Shown here piece after piece: positions 1 to 10,919 of a stretch of 64,000 nucleotides of DNA; the stretch's first letter is position 1; each line of letters begins with the position of its first letter. Under the pieces are notes generated by a model. The model had not been told where the DNA came from. It made no database searches and saw only the letters and a list, made by a program, of their open reading frames with translations. This DNA is from Minisyncoccota bacterium. GTDB taxonomy: Bacteria > Patescibacteriota > Minisyncoccia > Phycocordibacterales > JABAAK01. The DNA is taken from NCBI GenBank assembly GCA_958295675.1, contig OY282360.1:594026-658025 (forward strand), read 5' to 3'. Position numbers and translations under genes: made by a program.

Positions 1-119
1 CCGTTCCGATAGTCACTTCTTTTTCGTACTGAAACGATAAAAGTACCCTCACCATCAGCAAAACCGGCTATATAATAGCCGAGCGCTGACGGAATGGTTT
101 TGATGTGACTATTGGACAT
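1..119 (-). CDS. LAGLIDADG homing endonuclease, N-terminal part (ORF runs past the window start), encoded inside the 23S rRNA intron
   Basis: Minus-strand ATG at 119. Translation is MSNSHIKTIPSALGYYIAGFADGEGTFIVSVRKRSDYRN..., and the 'GFADGEGTF' segment is a classic LAGLIDADG motif. It lies inside a non-rRNA insertion in the 23S gene. Confidence 0.6.
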   Translation of the reverse strand, partial: MSNSHIKTIPSALGYYIAGFADGEGTFIVSVRKRSDYRN

Positions 120-282
120 AAGACATTACCTGCTGATTGTCTGCTCACTATACATTGTTACTGTTCAGTATACAACCGAACGAGTAGTATAGTTTCATTC
201 TTCCGCATACTTTCTAAAAAGTATGCAGCCAGAGTTTCCAGCATATAGCGGAATTTTTTAACGTAACTACAATGATCCATTT
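1..282 (-). mobile_element. Group I-type intron (partial; extends beyond the window start) inserted in 23S rRNA helix 69, around E. coli position 1917-1919
   Basis: The rRNA-sense sequence matches 23S up to ...GGCCGTAACTATAA. It then diverges into ~280 nt of non-rRNA sequence that contains the homing endonuclease ORF. Helix 69 is a known group I intron insertion hotspot. Confidence 0.55.
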
Positions 283-2262
<1,980 letters not shown>

Positions 2263-2766
2263 CTTTCGAGAGAAATTAATAACCGCCCTGTATTTTTTCA
2301 CCATATTCTGATGAACGAATTGCCCATGCTTATTGCAATAGTTAATTGTTAAACGAACAGGATGAAAAAGAAAAAAGCGCCTCAACAAGGGCGCGATATA
2401 CATACAACTATAACAACACCCTATGGCTTTCGTTTCTTATTTTTAATATTCTTTTTCACACAATTAGTATACCTGAACACACGATAAAAACACAAGAGTA
2501 CAGCAGGTGCATAACATGTGGATAAGAAAACAAAAATTGTAACATTCAAATGTAAAAAATATATGCGCATAGATTTATACAATACATCTATATAAAACAC
2601 AATGTAAAAAATTATTATATAATATTTTTTAAAACACAAAACTATTTCATAATATATTATATTATTGTCAATAGTATTGAGATATACTGTATTGTATGGT
2701 ATGATAATAAACGGGCAAGCTCAGTTGAGCTTTTCATTCATTAACCCAAAACCCAAGGAGAGAGCG

Positions 2767-3324
2767 ATGAAAAAGAATGCAATTGTTCTTGTATCAATTG
2801 CTGCGATCCTGCTGTTTGCTCGGAGTGTGGTAGCGCAGGATGACAATCGCGGTGCATACTTTGAGGTAAGTTACGGCATACCATCAGAAACCGGTCAAGA
2901 ACCGTTTGACAAAAAGCGGATGGTCTATACCGCTGGTGTCCGATTCACAAGGAACTTCGGGCTTGAGACATCCGTGATCAAGCAGGACGGCGAGGAGTGT
3001 GACGGGTGTGCTACCTATTTTTCGGCAGAAATGATCGGTGCGAAACTGTTCATACCGGTAGGATCGTCAGAAACCACTGAAATTGTCGGCACAATCTCGG
3101 CAGGTACCTACGATTTGAGGAAGGACAACGGGAAAATAGGTCGGCAAGAAGAAGACGGCACTGCCGCTATGGCCAAAGTTGCGGTGGTGAAACGATTCCT
3201 CAATGACCAAGAAAACAAATCAGCAAATCTCGGCTTTGAAGTATCTCACGTACGCATTGTCAGTGGAGATACGGAAGATGTGGGCGGCACAACCGTCGGA
3301 CTGAATGTTGGTTTTGAATTCTAA
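2767..3324 (+). CDS. Secreted protein with signal peptide and C-terminal Phe; putative small beta-barrel outer-membrane-like protein (paralog 1)
   Basis: SD AAGGAG lies before the ATG at 2767. Signal peptide is MKKNAIVLVSIAAILLFARSVVAQD. Alternating hydrophobic pattern. The protein ends ...GLNVGFEF. A terminator follows. Confidence 0.5.
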   Translation: MKKNAIVLVSIAAILLFARSVVAQDDNRGAYFEVSYGIPSETGQEPFDKKRMVYTAGVRFTRNFGLETSVIKQDGEECDGCATYFSAEMIGAKLFIPVGSSETTEIVGTISAGTYDLRKDNGKIGRQEEDGTAAMAKVAVVKRFLNDQENKSANLGFEVSHVRIVSGDTEDVGGTTVGLNVGFEF

Positions 3325-3350
3325 CCGACAATAGCATCTCAATCACGACA

Positions 3351-3382
3351 GAGAACCCTGTAGTTTCGGGTTCTCTTTTTTT
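3351..3382 (+). terminator. Rho-independent terminator (GAGAACCC..GGGTTCTC hairpin plus T-run)
   Basis: Stem-loop followed by TTTTTTT, directly after the stop codon at 3324. Confidence 0.6.
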
Positions 3383-3550
3383 ATGTACATATATTTTTAT
3401 ATACTAAAAATAAAATATGTCAACTTACTGGTGCACTGTACAACCCTATATCACACTCTTTGCAAAGAGCATAACTTGTGCTACACTACAAGTCAGGTGA
3501 TCATTGCAAAAGGATCATCAACACTCACACCACCAGCCAAGGAGCTTGGG

Positions 3551-4123
3551 ATGAAAGCACTAGCATTGATCACGACCATCGGAATGATGGTGTTTACCAC
3601 AACAACCGCATCGGCACAAGATGACCGGCGAGGTTCGTTCTCCGTGCATGCCGGCACCACGGTTGCCAGCATTGACGGCGATGCGCCGTTCAACGGCTCC
3701 GGCTATACGGTCGGCGTTGGCTACAATGTCACCGAGAACATCGCAGTCGGCGCGTCGTACACCAACAGGGAGGGCAAAGACAAGTGCGCGGCGAACTCCT
3801 CGCAGAAATGCGACACTGACATGCAGGACATCCGAGTTGGTGTGCAATACACCAAACGGATGCAGAGCATTGATGTGTACGGAGGCGTTGAAGCCGGTCA
3901 ATACCGATTGAAGGGCGGCCGTATCGCCACATCCGACGAGGAAGAGGGGATTGTCGGCGGTCTCAAAGTCGGCGTCGCCAAGGAGTTCTACATCGGCGGC
4001 GGCGATACGACCCTGATGGTCGCTCTTGAAACCAGCTACCAACGCCTCCTGAGCGGCGATATGTACGCCGATGAGGATGCGGACAGTTTGGGTGTCGGAG
4101 TCAAGGTCGGAACTCGATTCTAG
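3551..4123 (+). CDS. Secreted protein with signal peptide and C-terminal Phe; putative beta-barrel outer-membrane-like protein (paralog 2)
   Basis: SD AAGGAG before the ATG at 3551. Signal peptide MKALALITTIGMMVFTTTTASAQDD. The protein ends ...VGTRF. Same architecture as the upstream gene. A terminator follows. Confidence 0.5.
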   Translation: MKALALITTIGMMVFTTTTASAQDDRRGSFSVHAGTTVASIDGDAPFNGSGYTVGVGYNVTENIAVGASYTNREGKDKCAANSSQKCDTDMQDIRVGVQYTKRMQSIDVYGGVEAGQYRLKGGRIATSDEEEGIVGGLKVGVAKEFYIGGGDTTLMVALETSYQRLLSGDMYADEDADSLGVGVKVGTRF

Positions 4124-4153
4124 TCGCCCGGCTTCAGCAGCGGCAAAGCATCC

Positions 4154-4187
4154 AAGAACCCCACATACTGTGGGGTTCTTTTTTTAT
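4154..4187 (+). terminator. Rho-independent terminator (AAGAACCCCACA..TGTGGGGTTCTT plus T-run)
   Basis: Perfect hairpin followed by TTTTTTT after the stop at 4123. Confidence 0.6.
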
Positions 4188-4207
4188 CTTTCGTAGTATC
4201 CACATCT

Positions 4208-5290
4208 CTATCCGACACGGAAAATGATTACATCACCATCCTGCACAACATACCCTCTGCCTTCTAAACGAAGCAATCCTGCCGAACGAGCCGCGGTATA
4301 TGACCCTGCTTTTACAAGCGCATCCCAGGTGATAACCTCAGCCCGAATAAAGTTTTTTTCAAAATCCGTGTGTATGGCGCGAGCGGCACGCAATATAGAA
4401 GAATGCCGAGGGACCGTCCATGCTCTGGTTTCTTTCTCACCGGTGGTAAAAAACGACATAAGATCCAATGTGCGATACGCCGACCGGATAACATGATCAA
4501 TACCGCCGCCTTCAACAGTCAATTCCCTACGCATTTCCCGCGCTTCTTGATCGTCCAATTGCGATAACTCTTCTTCGGATCGCACAGAAATCTCAACAAC
4601 ATCACTCTCTGTCTTTTCCGCTATCTTCCGAACTTCAACAACTGATTGTTTTTCATACTCGGTGCCGATATTGCACACATATACCACCGGCTTGATGGTA
4701 AGAAAGCCGAGCGAGTATAACATGCGTTTCGTTGAATTGTCCGATGACAGTGATGAAACGGATTGCCCGCTTGATACTGTCTCAAGCGCGCTGCGCAACA
4801 ATTCCTTTTCCGCAACCGCGTCCGCATTTCCCCGCTTCACTTCCTTTTCTATTTTCTCAAGCCGGCGCTGCGCGAGCTGCGCGTCAGCAAGCAATAGCTC
4901 CGTGTGTATAACTTCAATATCACGAGCGGGATTCACCGCGCCGTCCACATGAATAATGGAATCATCTATAAAACAACGCACGACATGAGCGATGGCATCT
5001 GTTCCGCGTATATGCGAAAGAAAAGCATTTCCGAGACCTTCTCCCTGTGCCGCGCCGCGGACAAGTCCCGCAATATCAACAAATTCAACAACGGCAGGAA
5101 TTTTTTTCAGCGAACCAGAAAGCGCGGCAAGTTGTTCCAGCCGATCATCAGGCACTGATACCAAACCAACTGAAGGATCAATCGTACAGAACGGAAAATT
5201 TTCTGCCGGCACTGTTTTTTTCGTGAGTGCGTTAAATAAGGTACTCTTTCCCGCATTCGGCAAACCAACAATCCCTATAGAGATATTCAT
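4208..5290 (-). CDS. ychF: Ribosome-binding ATPase YchF (Obg-family GTPase)
   Basis: N-terminus MNISIGIVGLPNAGKSTLFNALTK (G1/P-loop). Length and C-terminal TGS-like region typical of YchF. The ATG at 5290 was preferred over the longer ORF start. Confidence 0.85.
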   Translation of the reverse strand: MNISIGIVGLPNAGKSTLFNALTKKTVPAENFPFCTIDPSVGLVSVPDDRLEQLAALSGSLKKIPAVVEFVDIAGLVRGAAQGEGLGNAFLSHIRGTDAIAHVVRCFIDDSIIHVDGAVNPARDIEVIHTELLLADAQLAQRRLEKIEKEVKRGNADAVAEKELLRSALETVSSGQSVSSLSSDNSTKRMLYSLGFLTIKPVVYVCNIGTEYEKQSVVEVRKIAEKTESDVVEISVRSEEELSQLDDQEAREMRRELTVEGGGIDHVIRSAYRTLDLMSFFTTGEKETRAWTVPRHSSILRAARAIHTDFEKNFIRAEVITWDALVKAGSYTAARSAGLLRLEGRGYVVQDGDVIIFRVG

Positions 5291-5300
5291 ACGCAACGCT

Positions 5301-5885
5301 CTATGAGATATCTTGTAACGCCATCTTTTCAACACGATGCAGCCAGCTCTTTATTTTTTTCTCAGAAGCGTTGCGCGTTGCACCGAAATTCGTCACCAGC
5401 ACTGAGCGCACGCCGCATACTTTCAATATTCCCTTTGACAGTTCATTGGTATATGAGCCGATGAGACACCACAACAGCAAAGGATGCGCGGAACCGACAA
5501 TATTAATTATTCTCGCGGTCTTCTGTTTAAAAAGCGGCTTGAATGTATTGTTCTCAAATTTAAACGCAAAACCGGGAAGAAAACAGCGGTCAAAAATACC
5601 TTTCATCTTTGCCGGCATAGTACTCCACCAATTCGGATACACGAATACGAGGTGATCGGCCCAGGTAACTGCTTCCTGAAACGCGACCAAATCCGGCTCA
5701 AGTTCCTGGATTTCTTCATACCCGTTATGCAGCACAGGGTCAAAGTCCATTTCGTCTATATTGAAACGCCGTACCTCCGCACCCGCATCTTTCGCCACTT
5801 TCTCGTACACATCACCGCAGGAATAAGAAAGGGATGTTTTCACCGGATTAGCGACTAATAACATAATTTTTTTTCTATCTTTCAT
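5301..5885 (-). CDS. Flavodoxin-fold NAD(P)H dehydrogenase (quinone)/FMN-reductase-like protein
   Basis: IMLLVANP...LVFVYPNWW... pattern typical of the Flavodoxin_2/NQO-like family. This is a family-level call only. Confidence 0.55.
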   Translation of the reverse strand: MKDRKKIMLLVANPVKTSLSYSCGDVYEKVAKDAGAEVRRFNIDEMDFDPVLHNGYEEIQELEPDLVAFQEAVTWADHLVFVYPNWWSTMPAKMKGIFDRCFLPGFAFKFENNTFKPLFKQKTARIINIVGSAHPLLLWCLIGSYTNELSKGILKVCGVRSVLVTNFGATRNASEKKIKSWLHRVEKMALQDIS

Positions 5886-5911
5886 ACAATCATGCCACAC
5901 TCATCTCATCA

Positions 5912-6442
5912 TTATACAGCATTTTGAGAACTATCCGAATGCTCTCGGATAAAAATGCGCCGTAGAACAATGAAGACGATTTGAAAAATAATAATAAATA
6001 ATAAATACCAAACAAACGGCAGGAGAATGGCGGTCAGGACAATATGCGCCGTATACGCGTGATACGATGCCAAAAAATACCAACCGGCGGCAATAACAGG
6101 AGCGGCGTAATCAAGCGGCACTAAATGTCTCGCCATACCGTATGCAAGCAGTGCATTGATGCACAAGATAACGGCTTTTACACCATATTCAACTTGCGCT
6201 TCAAGCACGCCGTCAAAAATGCCGAATATAATAATAAAGAGTACAACAAGCACTGCAAGGAAAATATGAAACAGGCGGATTAAAGTGTATACCGCCTGAA
6301 TCAAACGGTTACCGACACCTTCCTTCGGATACCCATACTTCAGGCATAGTGCATAGGAAATCACCGCGATCGTGGACGCACCGAGTAATACACCGACAAT
6401 ACCGTTTTCAACAATGGTAAGAAAAGTGATGGGAATATCCAT
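5912..6442 (-). CDS. Polytopic membrane protein (about 5 TM), function unknown
   Basis: Clean 176-aa ORF with several long hydrophobic segments, packed tightly between neighbouring genes. Confidence 0.45.
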   Translation of the reverse strand: MDIPITFLTIVENGIVGVLLGASTIAVISYALCLKYGYPKEGVGNRLIQAVYTLIRLFHIFLAVLVVLFIIIFGIFDGVLEAQVEYGVKAVILCINALLAYGMARHLVPLDYAAPVIAAGWYFLASYHAYTAHIVLTAILLPFVWYLLFIIIFQIVFIVLRRIFIREHSDSSQNAV

Positions 6443-6448
6443 ACGAAA

Positions 6449-6697
6449 CTATGATGTTGTATTTTGTACTTTTGCCATAAGCTTCTGCATTTCCGGCTGA
6501 TGCTTTTTCATAACAGCCATAGCGGCGAGCATTTCATCCTGCCCCTGATCCTTCTTCTCTTTAATTTCCTTAGCTAGCCGCTCAAAAAACTCAGGATCCT
6601 CGTCAAACATTTTTATAAATATAGCCCTCTGACTCTCGGGCAAATTCTTCAACTGCCGATCCAGCATTTTGCGCGCAAGAAAATTCTTCATTCCCAT
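6449..6697 (-). CDS. Small charged hypothetical protein (82 aa)
   Basis: ORF fits between the neighbouring genes; no recognisable motif. Confidence 0.35.
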   Translation of the reverse strand: MGMKNFLARKMLDRQLKNLPESQRAIFIKMFDEDPEFFERLAKEIKEKKDQGQDEMLAAMAVMKKHQPEMQKLMAKVQNTTS

Positions 6698-6770
6698 ACA
6701 TCAATAATATACCACACAGATAAACGGTATGGCAAAAGAATATGCACTAATGCTATACTAACAGGCATTG

Positions 6771-6846
6771 GGGCCCGTAGCTCAGTTGGCTAGAGCGCCG
6801 GTTTTGCAATCCGGAGGTCGCAGGTTCAAGTCCTGTCGGGTCCACC
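6771..6846 (+). tRNA. tRNA-Ala (anticodon TGC)
   Basis: Cloverleaf found by hand. Acceptor GGGCCCG/CGGGTCC carries the G3:U70 Ala identity pair. Anticodon loop TTTGCAA. T-loop GGTTCAAGTCC. Confidence 0.85.
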
Positions 6847-7239
6847 CAAGAGTACAGACGGTACCCACTCGCTCTCGCTCGTGTGTCGCTTTACAGAGAC
6901 GCGCCGTTTCGGCGCGTCATACATAGCCCGCCACGCATTGCGCGGTAAAAAACGGACGGACTGACCGCGCAGTACGCGGTTCAAACCGACCTTTCTGAAA
7001 AAATCTGCCGGAATGGCAGGATCGGTGCCTTCCAGTGCGTTTTGTGCCATCGTTGCTTGGTTAAGTATGGAAAGAGCGGGTTCAAACCACGAAGCACCGC
7101 CGTCCGAATCACTCCGCCTACGCCGGACTCGTACTTCACAAGCTCAATACCAGCCCTCCGCTCGCTCCGCTCCTGCGCCAATCACCGCCGACGGGATTCT
7201 TTTTTTCACTACAAAGATTTTTCAATATTTTTCTCCGTG

Positions 7240-7310
7240 CTGCCGGGCAGGGATTCGAACCCCGGTTACTTGGGCCAGAACCAAGCGTCCTACCACTAGA
7301 CGACCCGGCA
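7240..7310 (-). tRNA. tRNA-Gln (anticodon CTG)
   Basis: Reverse complement reads TGCCGGGTCGTCTAGTGGTAGGACGCTTGGTTCTGGCCCAAG...GGTTCGAATCC...CCCGGCAG. Anticodon stem CTTGG/CCAAG with loop TTCTGGC. Confidence 0.7.
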
Positions 7311-7528
7311 TATTGTTAATCAACAGAAATATACATTCTATTGTACAATCTCCAGTGCAACACAACAACCGCCGATTGTTCGGCGGTTGTTGCTCCTAGG
7401 GTTGACGTCCTTTTTTACCCTATTACACACAGCATACCATAAAAATAAAAACAAACGCACAATGTGTATACAACAAAAAACATCACTGTTTGCAATAAAA
7501 AATTAGTTATCATATACTCATATTCATT

Positions 7529-8260
7529 ATGTATATTGTGCGCAAAGAAATTGGTGAAACACCGTTAGCGTGTGTGCAGCGATTGTTTCCGGACAAAAAG
7601 AAAAAATATACTTACGCCGGTCGACTTGATCCGATGGCGGAAGGATTGCTGCTTGTGCTGGAAGGGGAAGAATGCAAAGATGCAAAAAAATATTTTGATG
7701 AGGAAAAAACATACAAGTATTCATTTGCGGTCGGTATCGCAACCGATACCTATGATTGTTTGGGCAGAATTGTTAAGCATGCACACATCAACGAAAATAT
7801 CCGCGGGAAAGTTCATGAAGCAATTCAAAAACTTAACGGTGATATCACGCTTCCCTATCCGCCATACTCATCAAAAACAGTGAACGGTGTTCCGCTGTTC
7901 GCGCACGCGAGAAACAATACACTGCAAAAAATACTACTGCCCGAACGAATAATGAAAATAAACGAGCATATATTGACAGACGAGGAGATCTCTACAGTCA
8001 ATATTGTAAGAAAAAAGGTCACACGAGATATTAAACTGGTGCGGGGTGATTTCCGTCAGGAAGAAATATGTGCTGATTGGCGGACGGTTGGTGATAGGTC
8101 AATCCGGGTTTTTTCAGCAGTTTTGCGCGGAAATGCCGGGGTGTATATCCGCGCTGTGGTCAATGAAATCGGCAGACAAATCGGATATCCGACCGTTACT
8201 ACTGCAATCCGAAGAACAAAAATCGGTAGATGGACACAGAGTGATGTTTACGGCCAGTAA
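7529..8260 (+). CDS. truB: tRNA pseudouridine(55) synthase TruB
   Basis: GRLDPMAEGLLLVLEGE motif (catalytic Asp region of TruB) and overall size. Confidence 0.75.
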   Translation: MYIVRKEIGETPLACVQRLFPDKKKKYTYAGRLDPMAEGLLLVLEGEECKDAKKYFDEEKTYKYSFAVGIATDTYDCLGRIVKHAHINENIRGKVHEAIQKLNGDITLPYPPYSSKTVNGVPLFAHARNNTLQKILLPERIMKINEHILTDEEISTVNIVRKKVTRDIKLVRGDFRQEEICADWRTVGDRSIRVFSAVLRGNAGVYIRAVVNEIGRQIGYPTVTTAIRRTKIGRWTQSDVYGQ

Positions 8261-8913
8261 TCCCTTGCTTTCGGATATATTGAAATGAGCGGATCCTGCT
8301 CGTGCAGTTCCTTCTTGCCGCGCGGATTGCCGTGTGTCCTGCCATAGTCAATAACGAAATATGAGAATCGGTACCAATCTTTTTTCGGCACAACTGCCAT
8401 CAAATCCTTTTCTATACGAACCGCATCTTTGTAATCAGTAAGATCAAAACGGCGCGCGAAACGAATCATATGCGTATCAACGGTAATACCGACTGTCACA
8501 TCAAAAAGCGTGCCGAGCAGTACATTAGCGGTCTTGCGGGCAACACCGGGAATGGTGAGCATATCTTCCATTGTCTTCGGCAGTTTGCCGCCAAAATCAG
8601 CAAGAATTTTTTTTGCCGCCGCCTGAATATTTTTCGCTTTATTTTTATAGTAAAGAACTGAGCTGACGGCTTCCTGCAGTTCTTTGAGATCAGCATCAGC
8701 AAAATCCTGCATGGTTCTATACCGACTGAAAAGTACAGGTATAATCTCATTCACCTTTTTATCAGTTGATTGCGCGGAAAGTTGCACAGCAACCAGAAGC
8801 TGCCAATGTGTCCGGTATGTAAGCGCAAGTTTCGCATCCGGAAATGTTTTCCTAAGAATTTTGATGAGACGCAATACCCGCTCCTGCCGCTCTTTTTGTT
8901 TTTTTGGTGTCAT
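8248..8913 (-). CDS. nth: Endonuclease III (Nth) family HhH-GPD DNA glycosylase, lacking the C-terminal 4Fe-4S cysteine cluster
   Basis: LPGVARKTANVLLG...VDTHMIRFARRF aligns to the EndoIII helix-hairpin-helix and catalytic K/D. N-terminus MTPKKQKERQ aligns to the EndoIII start. There is no Cys-X6-C-X2-C-X5-C. Confidence 0.75.
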   Translation of the reverse strand: MTPKKQKERQERVLRLIKILRKTFPDAKLALTYRTHWQLLVAVQLSAQSTDKKVNEIIPVLFSRYRTMQDFADADLKELQEAVSSVLYYKNKAKNIQAAAKKILADFGGKLPKTMEDMLTIPGVARKTANVLLGTLFDVTVGITVDTHMIRFARRFDLTDYKDAVRIEKDLMAVVPKKDWYRFSYFVIDYGRTHGNPRGKKELHEQDPLISIYPKARDYWP

Positions 8914-8985
8914 CGGTATACAGTATACAAAAAACATATAACCCCGCCAAGAGGATTTTGTATGCGTATGCAAAAGTGTTCCAGA

Positions 8986-9192
8986 TTACCGGTTCTTCAT
9001 CATTACCAGCACAACAACAGCGGACACACCAACGACAATGTAAATGACATCACCTATAATCGGTATGTTCAGCAAATCCAAAGAAAGCCATTCAACAAGA
9101 TCAAACCTGTTGCCAAGCACACTTGTCACACCGACCAATCCCCAATTCAGCGCGCCGATCAGGGTAAGTATCATTGCAATGTGATATATCAT
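8986..9192 (-). CDS. DUF378-like small membrane protein
   Basis: IGALNWGLVG...FDLVEWL signature and two TM helices in 68 aa. Confidence 0.5.
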   Translation of the reverse strand: MIYHIAMILTLIGALNWGLVGVTSVLGNRFDLVEWLSLDLLNIPIIGDVIYIVVGVSAVVVLVMMKNR

Positions 9193-9291
9193 ATATAAAA
9201 AAAGAAAACTAATAATATGGATTTATTCCATACAACAACAGCATACATTTCAAACAAAATGAACCGCGTGTTTGTCCACATCGCTGCTGTG

Positions 9292-10224
9292 TTACGATAT
9301 TTGCTGACTTCCCACCAGTGCTTCCACCCGCTTCTCTATAGGCGGATGTGTGTCAAAAAGACGATGCAGACCGAAACCAAGTCCCTCTTTCTTTTTTTTC
9401 TTCCGGTGATCAGAGGTTGCGTATGGATCTGATATGAATAAATGCGCGGTTGCCGAACTTGCGCGGCGCATCGGCTGATGACTCTTCCCTATCTTTTCAA
9501 GCGCGGATGCGAGTCCTTCCGGATAGCGAGTATACACACCGGCGGTTGCATCAGCAAGAAACTCACGCTTGCGAGAAATAGCAAGACGAATGATTGAAAG
9601 CACAATAGGAACAACAAGGTACGCAACTAAAATGGCAATCAGAATAACAAAACCGCCTTCTCTTCTGTCATCACCGCCGAACATAGTCGCGGCATGCAGA
9701 ACGATATCCAGCAAAATAGCTACAATGCCGAACAATACAACCGTAACGGTCATGAGGAGCGTGTCACGGTTTTGGATATGCGCGAGTTCATGCGCGAGCA
9801 CGCCTTCTAACTCCGATTTATCCATCATCTCCAGCAATCCCTTTGTAACAACAATGGCAGAATGTTCAGGACTTCGTCCGGTGGCGAAAGCGTTCGGTGA
9901 CGGATCATCAATAATATACAACTTCGGCATCGGAACGCCGATGCTAATACAAAGGTTTTCCACGATATTCCAGTAATCAAAATACTCTTCACGGGTAATC
10001 GGTTTCGCGCGAGTGAGCCGAATCGCAACCTTATCAGACCGCCAATATGCGGTGATATTTATGGCTATAGCAACAGCAACGACGATATAAAGAATGAGAG
10101 ATGAATTGAAGTAGTACGATGCAAACCATGCAATTGCGATAACAACAATGAGGAAAATACTCATCAGAAAGAATGTTCTTCGGACATTGCGTGATTGTTG
10201 TGTGTACAACGATGCCATAAACAA
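9292..10224 (-). CDS. htpX: Zinc metalloprotease HtpX (M48 family)
   Basis: N-terminal TM helices and the HELAHI zinc-binding motif. It neighbours LemA, a common gene pair. Confidence 0.8.
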   Translation of the reverse strand: MFMASLYTQQSRNVRRTFFLMSIFLIVVIAIAWFASYYFNSSLILYIVVAVAIAINITAYWRSDKVAIRLTRAKPITREEYFDYWNIVENLCISIGVPMPKLYIIDDPSPNAFATGRSPEHSAIVVTKGLLEMMDKSELEGVLAHELAHIQNRDTLLMTVTVVLFGIVAILLDIVLHAATMFGGDDRREGGFVILIAILVAYLVVPIVLSIIRLAISRKREFLADATAGVYTRYPEGLASALEKIGKSHQPMRRASSATAHLFISDPYATSDHRKKKKKEGLGFGLHRLFDTHPPIEKRVEALVGSQQIS

Positions 10225-10245
10225 AACGGGTGTATGCGGAACCCG

Positions 10246-10809
10246 TTAAAACTTCACATCAACCGGCTTTTCTGCCTCCTTTTTCTCACTTTCATCAAGT
10301 TCAAAGAATTCTGATTCCGTAAAACGAAACATGCCGGCAATCATATTCTGCGGAAAAACCTGAATTGCAGTATTCAAATCCTGCACAGTTGAATTGAAGA
10401 ACCTGCGTGCCGCCTGAATCTTGTTCTCAGTATCGCTCAACTCCTTCTGCAGTTCAACGAAATTCTGACTCGCTTGCAATTGCGGATAATTTTCCGCGAC
10501 CGCGAAAATTGATTTGAGCGCGTCAGTCAGCATATTCTCAGCCATACCCTGTTCCTGCACACCGCTCGCCTGAAGCGCTTTGGTACGCATCTCAGTAACC
10601 CGCTCAAATGTCTCTCTCTCGTGTTTCGCATATCCTTTCACCGTATTAACAAGATTTGGAATAAGATCATAACGGCGTTTAAGCTGCACATCAATATCCG
10701 ACCACGCCTCATCTTTTCTGTTGCGCATACCTACCAGCCGGTTGTATATAATAACAACACCGAGTGCCAAAACAATAAACACTCCTATAGCAATGTATAT
10801 AATAGCCAT
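10246..10809 (-). CDS. lemA: LemA family membrane protein
   Basis: N-terminal TM helix then a LemA-like coiled region. The ATG at 10809 (MAIIYIAIG) was chosen because the ORF-track start at 10884 is a TTG lying inside a terminator. Confidence 0.75.
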   Translation of the reverse strand: MAIIYIAIGVFIVLALGVVIIYNRLVGMRNRKDEAWSDIDVQLKRRYDLIPNLVNTVKGYAKHERETFERVTEMRTKALQASGVQEQGMAENMLTDALKSIFAVAENYPQLQASQNFVELQKELSDTENKIQAARRFFNSTVQDLNTAIQVFPQNMIAGMFRFTESEFFELDESEKKEAEKPVDVKF

Positions 10810-10883
10810 GAATAAATTTCTTATGTATATGATAATATTCAAAACAGCCGATGTGCAGTAGTATACCACAAAACACAATAACA

Positions 10884-10919
10884 ATGAAAAGAAAAAGGCA
10901 CCCTGTACAGGGTGCCTTG
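10884..10919 (-). terminator. Rho-independent terminator (AAGGCACCCTG..CAGGGTGCCTT plus T-run on the minus strand)
   Basis: Perfect 10-bp stem followed on the minus strand by TTTTTCTTTTC. It ends a minus-strand transcript coming from the groEL side. Confidence 0.55.

Noticed and set aside
2665-2766. Long N-terminal extension (MSIVLRYTVLYG...) of the first beta-barrel-like gene
   Set aside because: An SD AAGGAG precedes the internal ATG at 2767, which then gives a normal signal peptide. The upstream part is AT-rich promoter sequence.
6826-7399. ORFs 6826-7050, 6981-7181, 7013-7399 and 7042-7299
   Set aside because: They overlap tRNA-Ala, tRNA-Gln and the GC-rich putative RNA region in several frames. 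They have no SD and their products are low-complexity.
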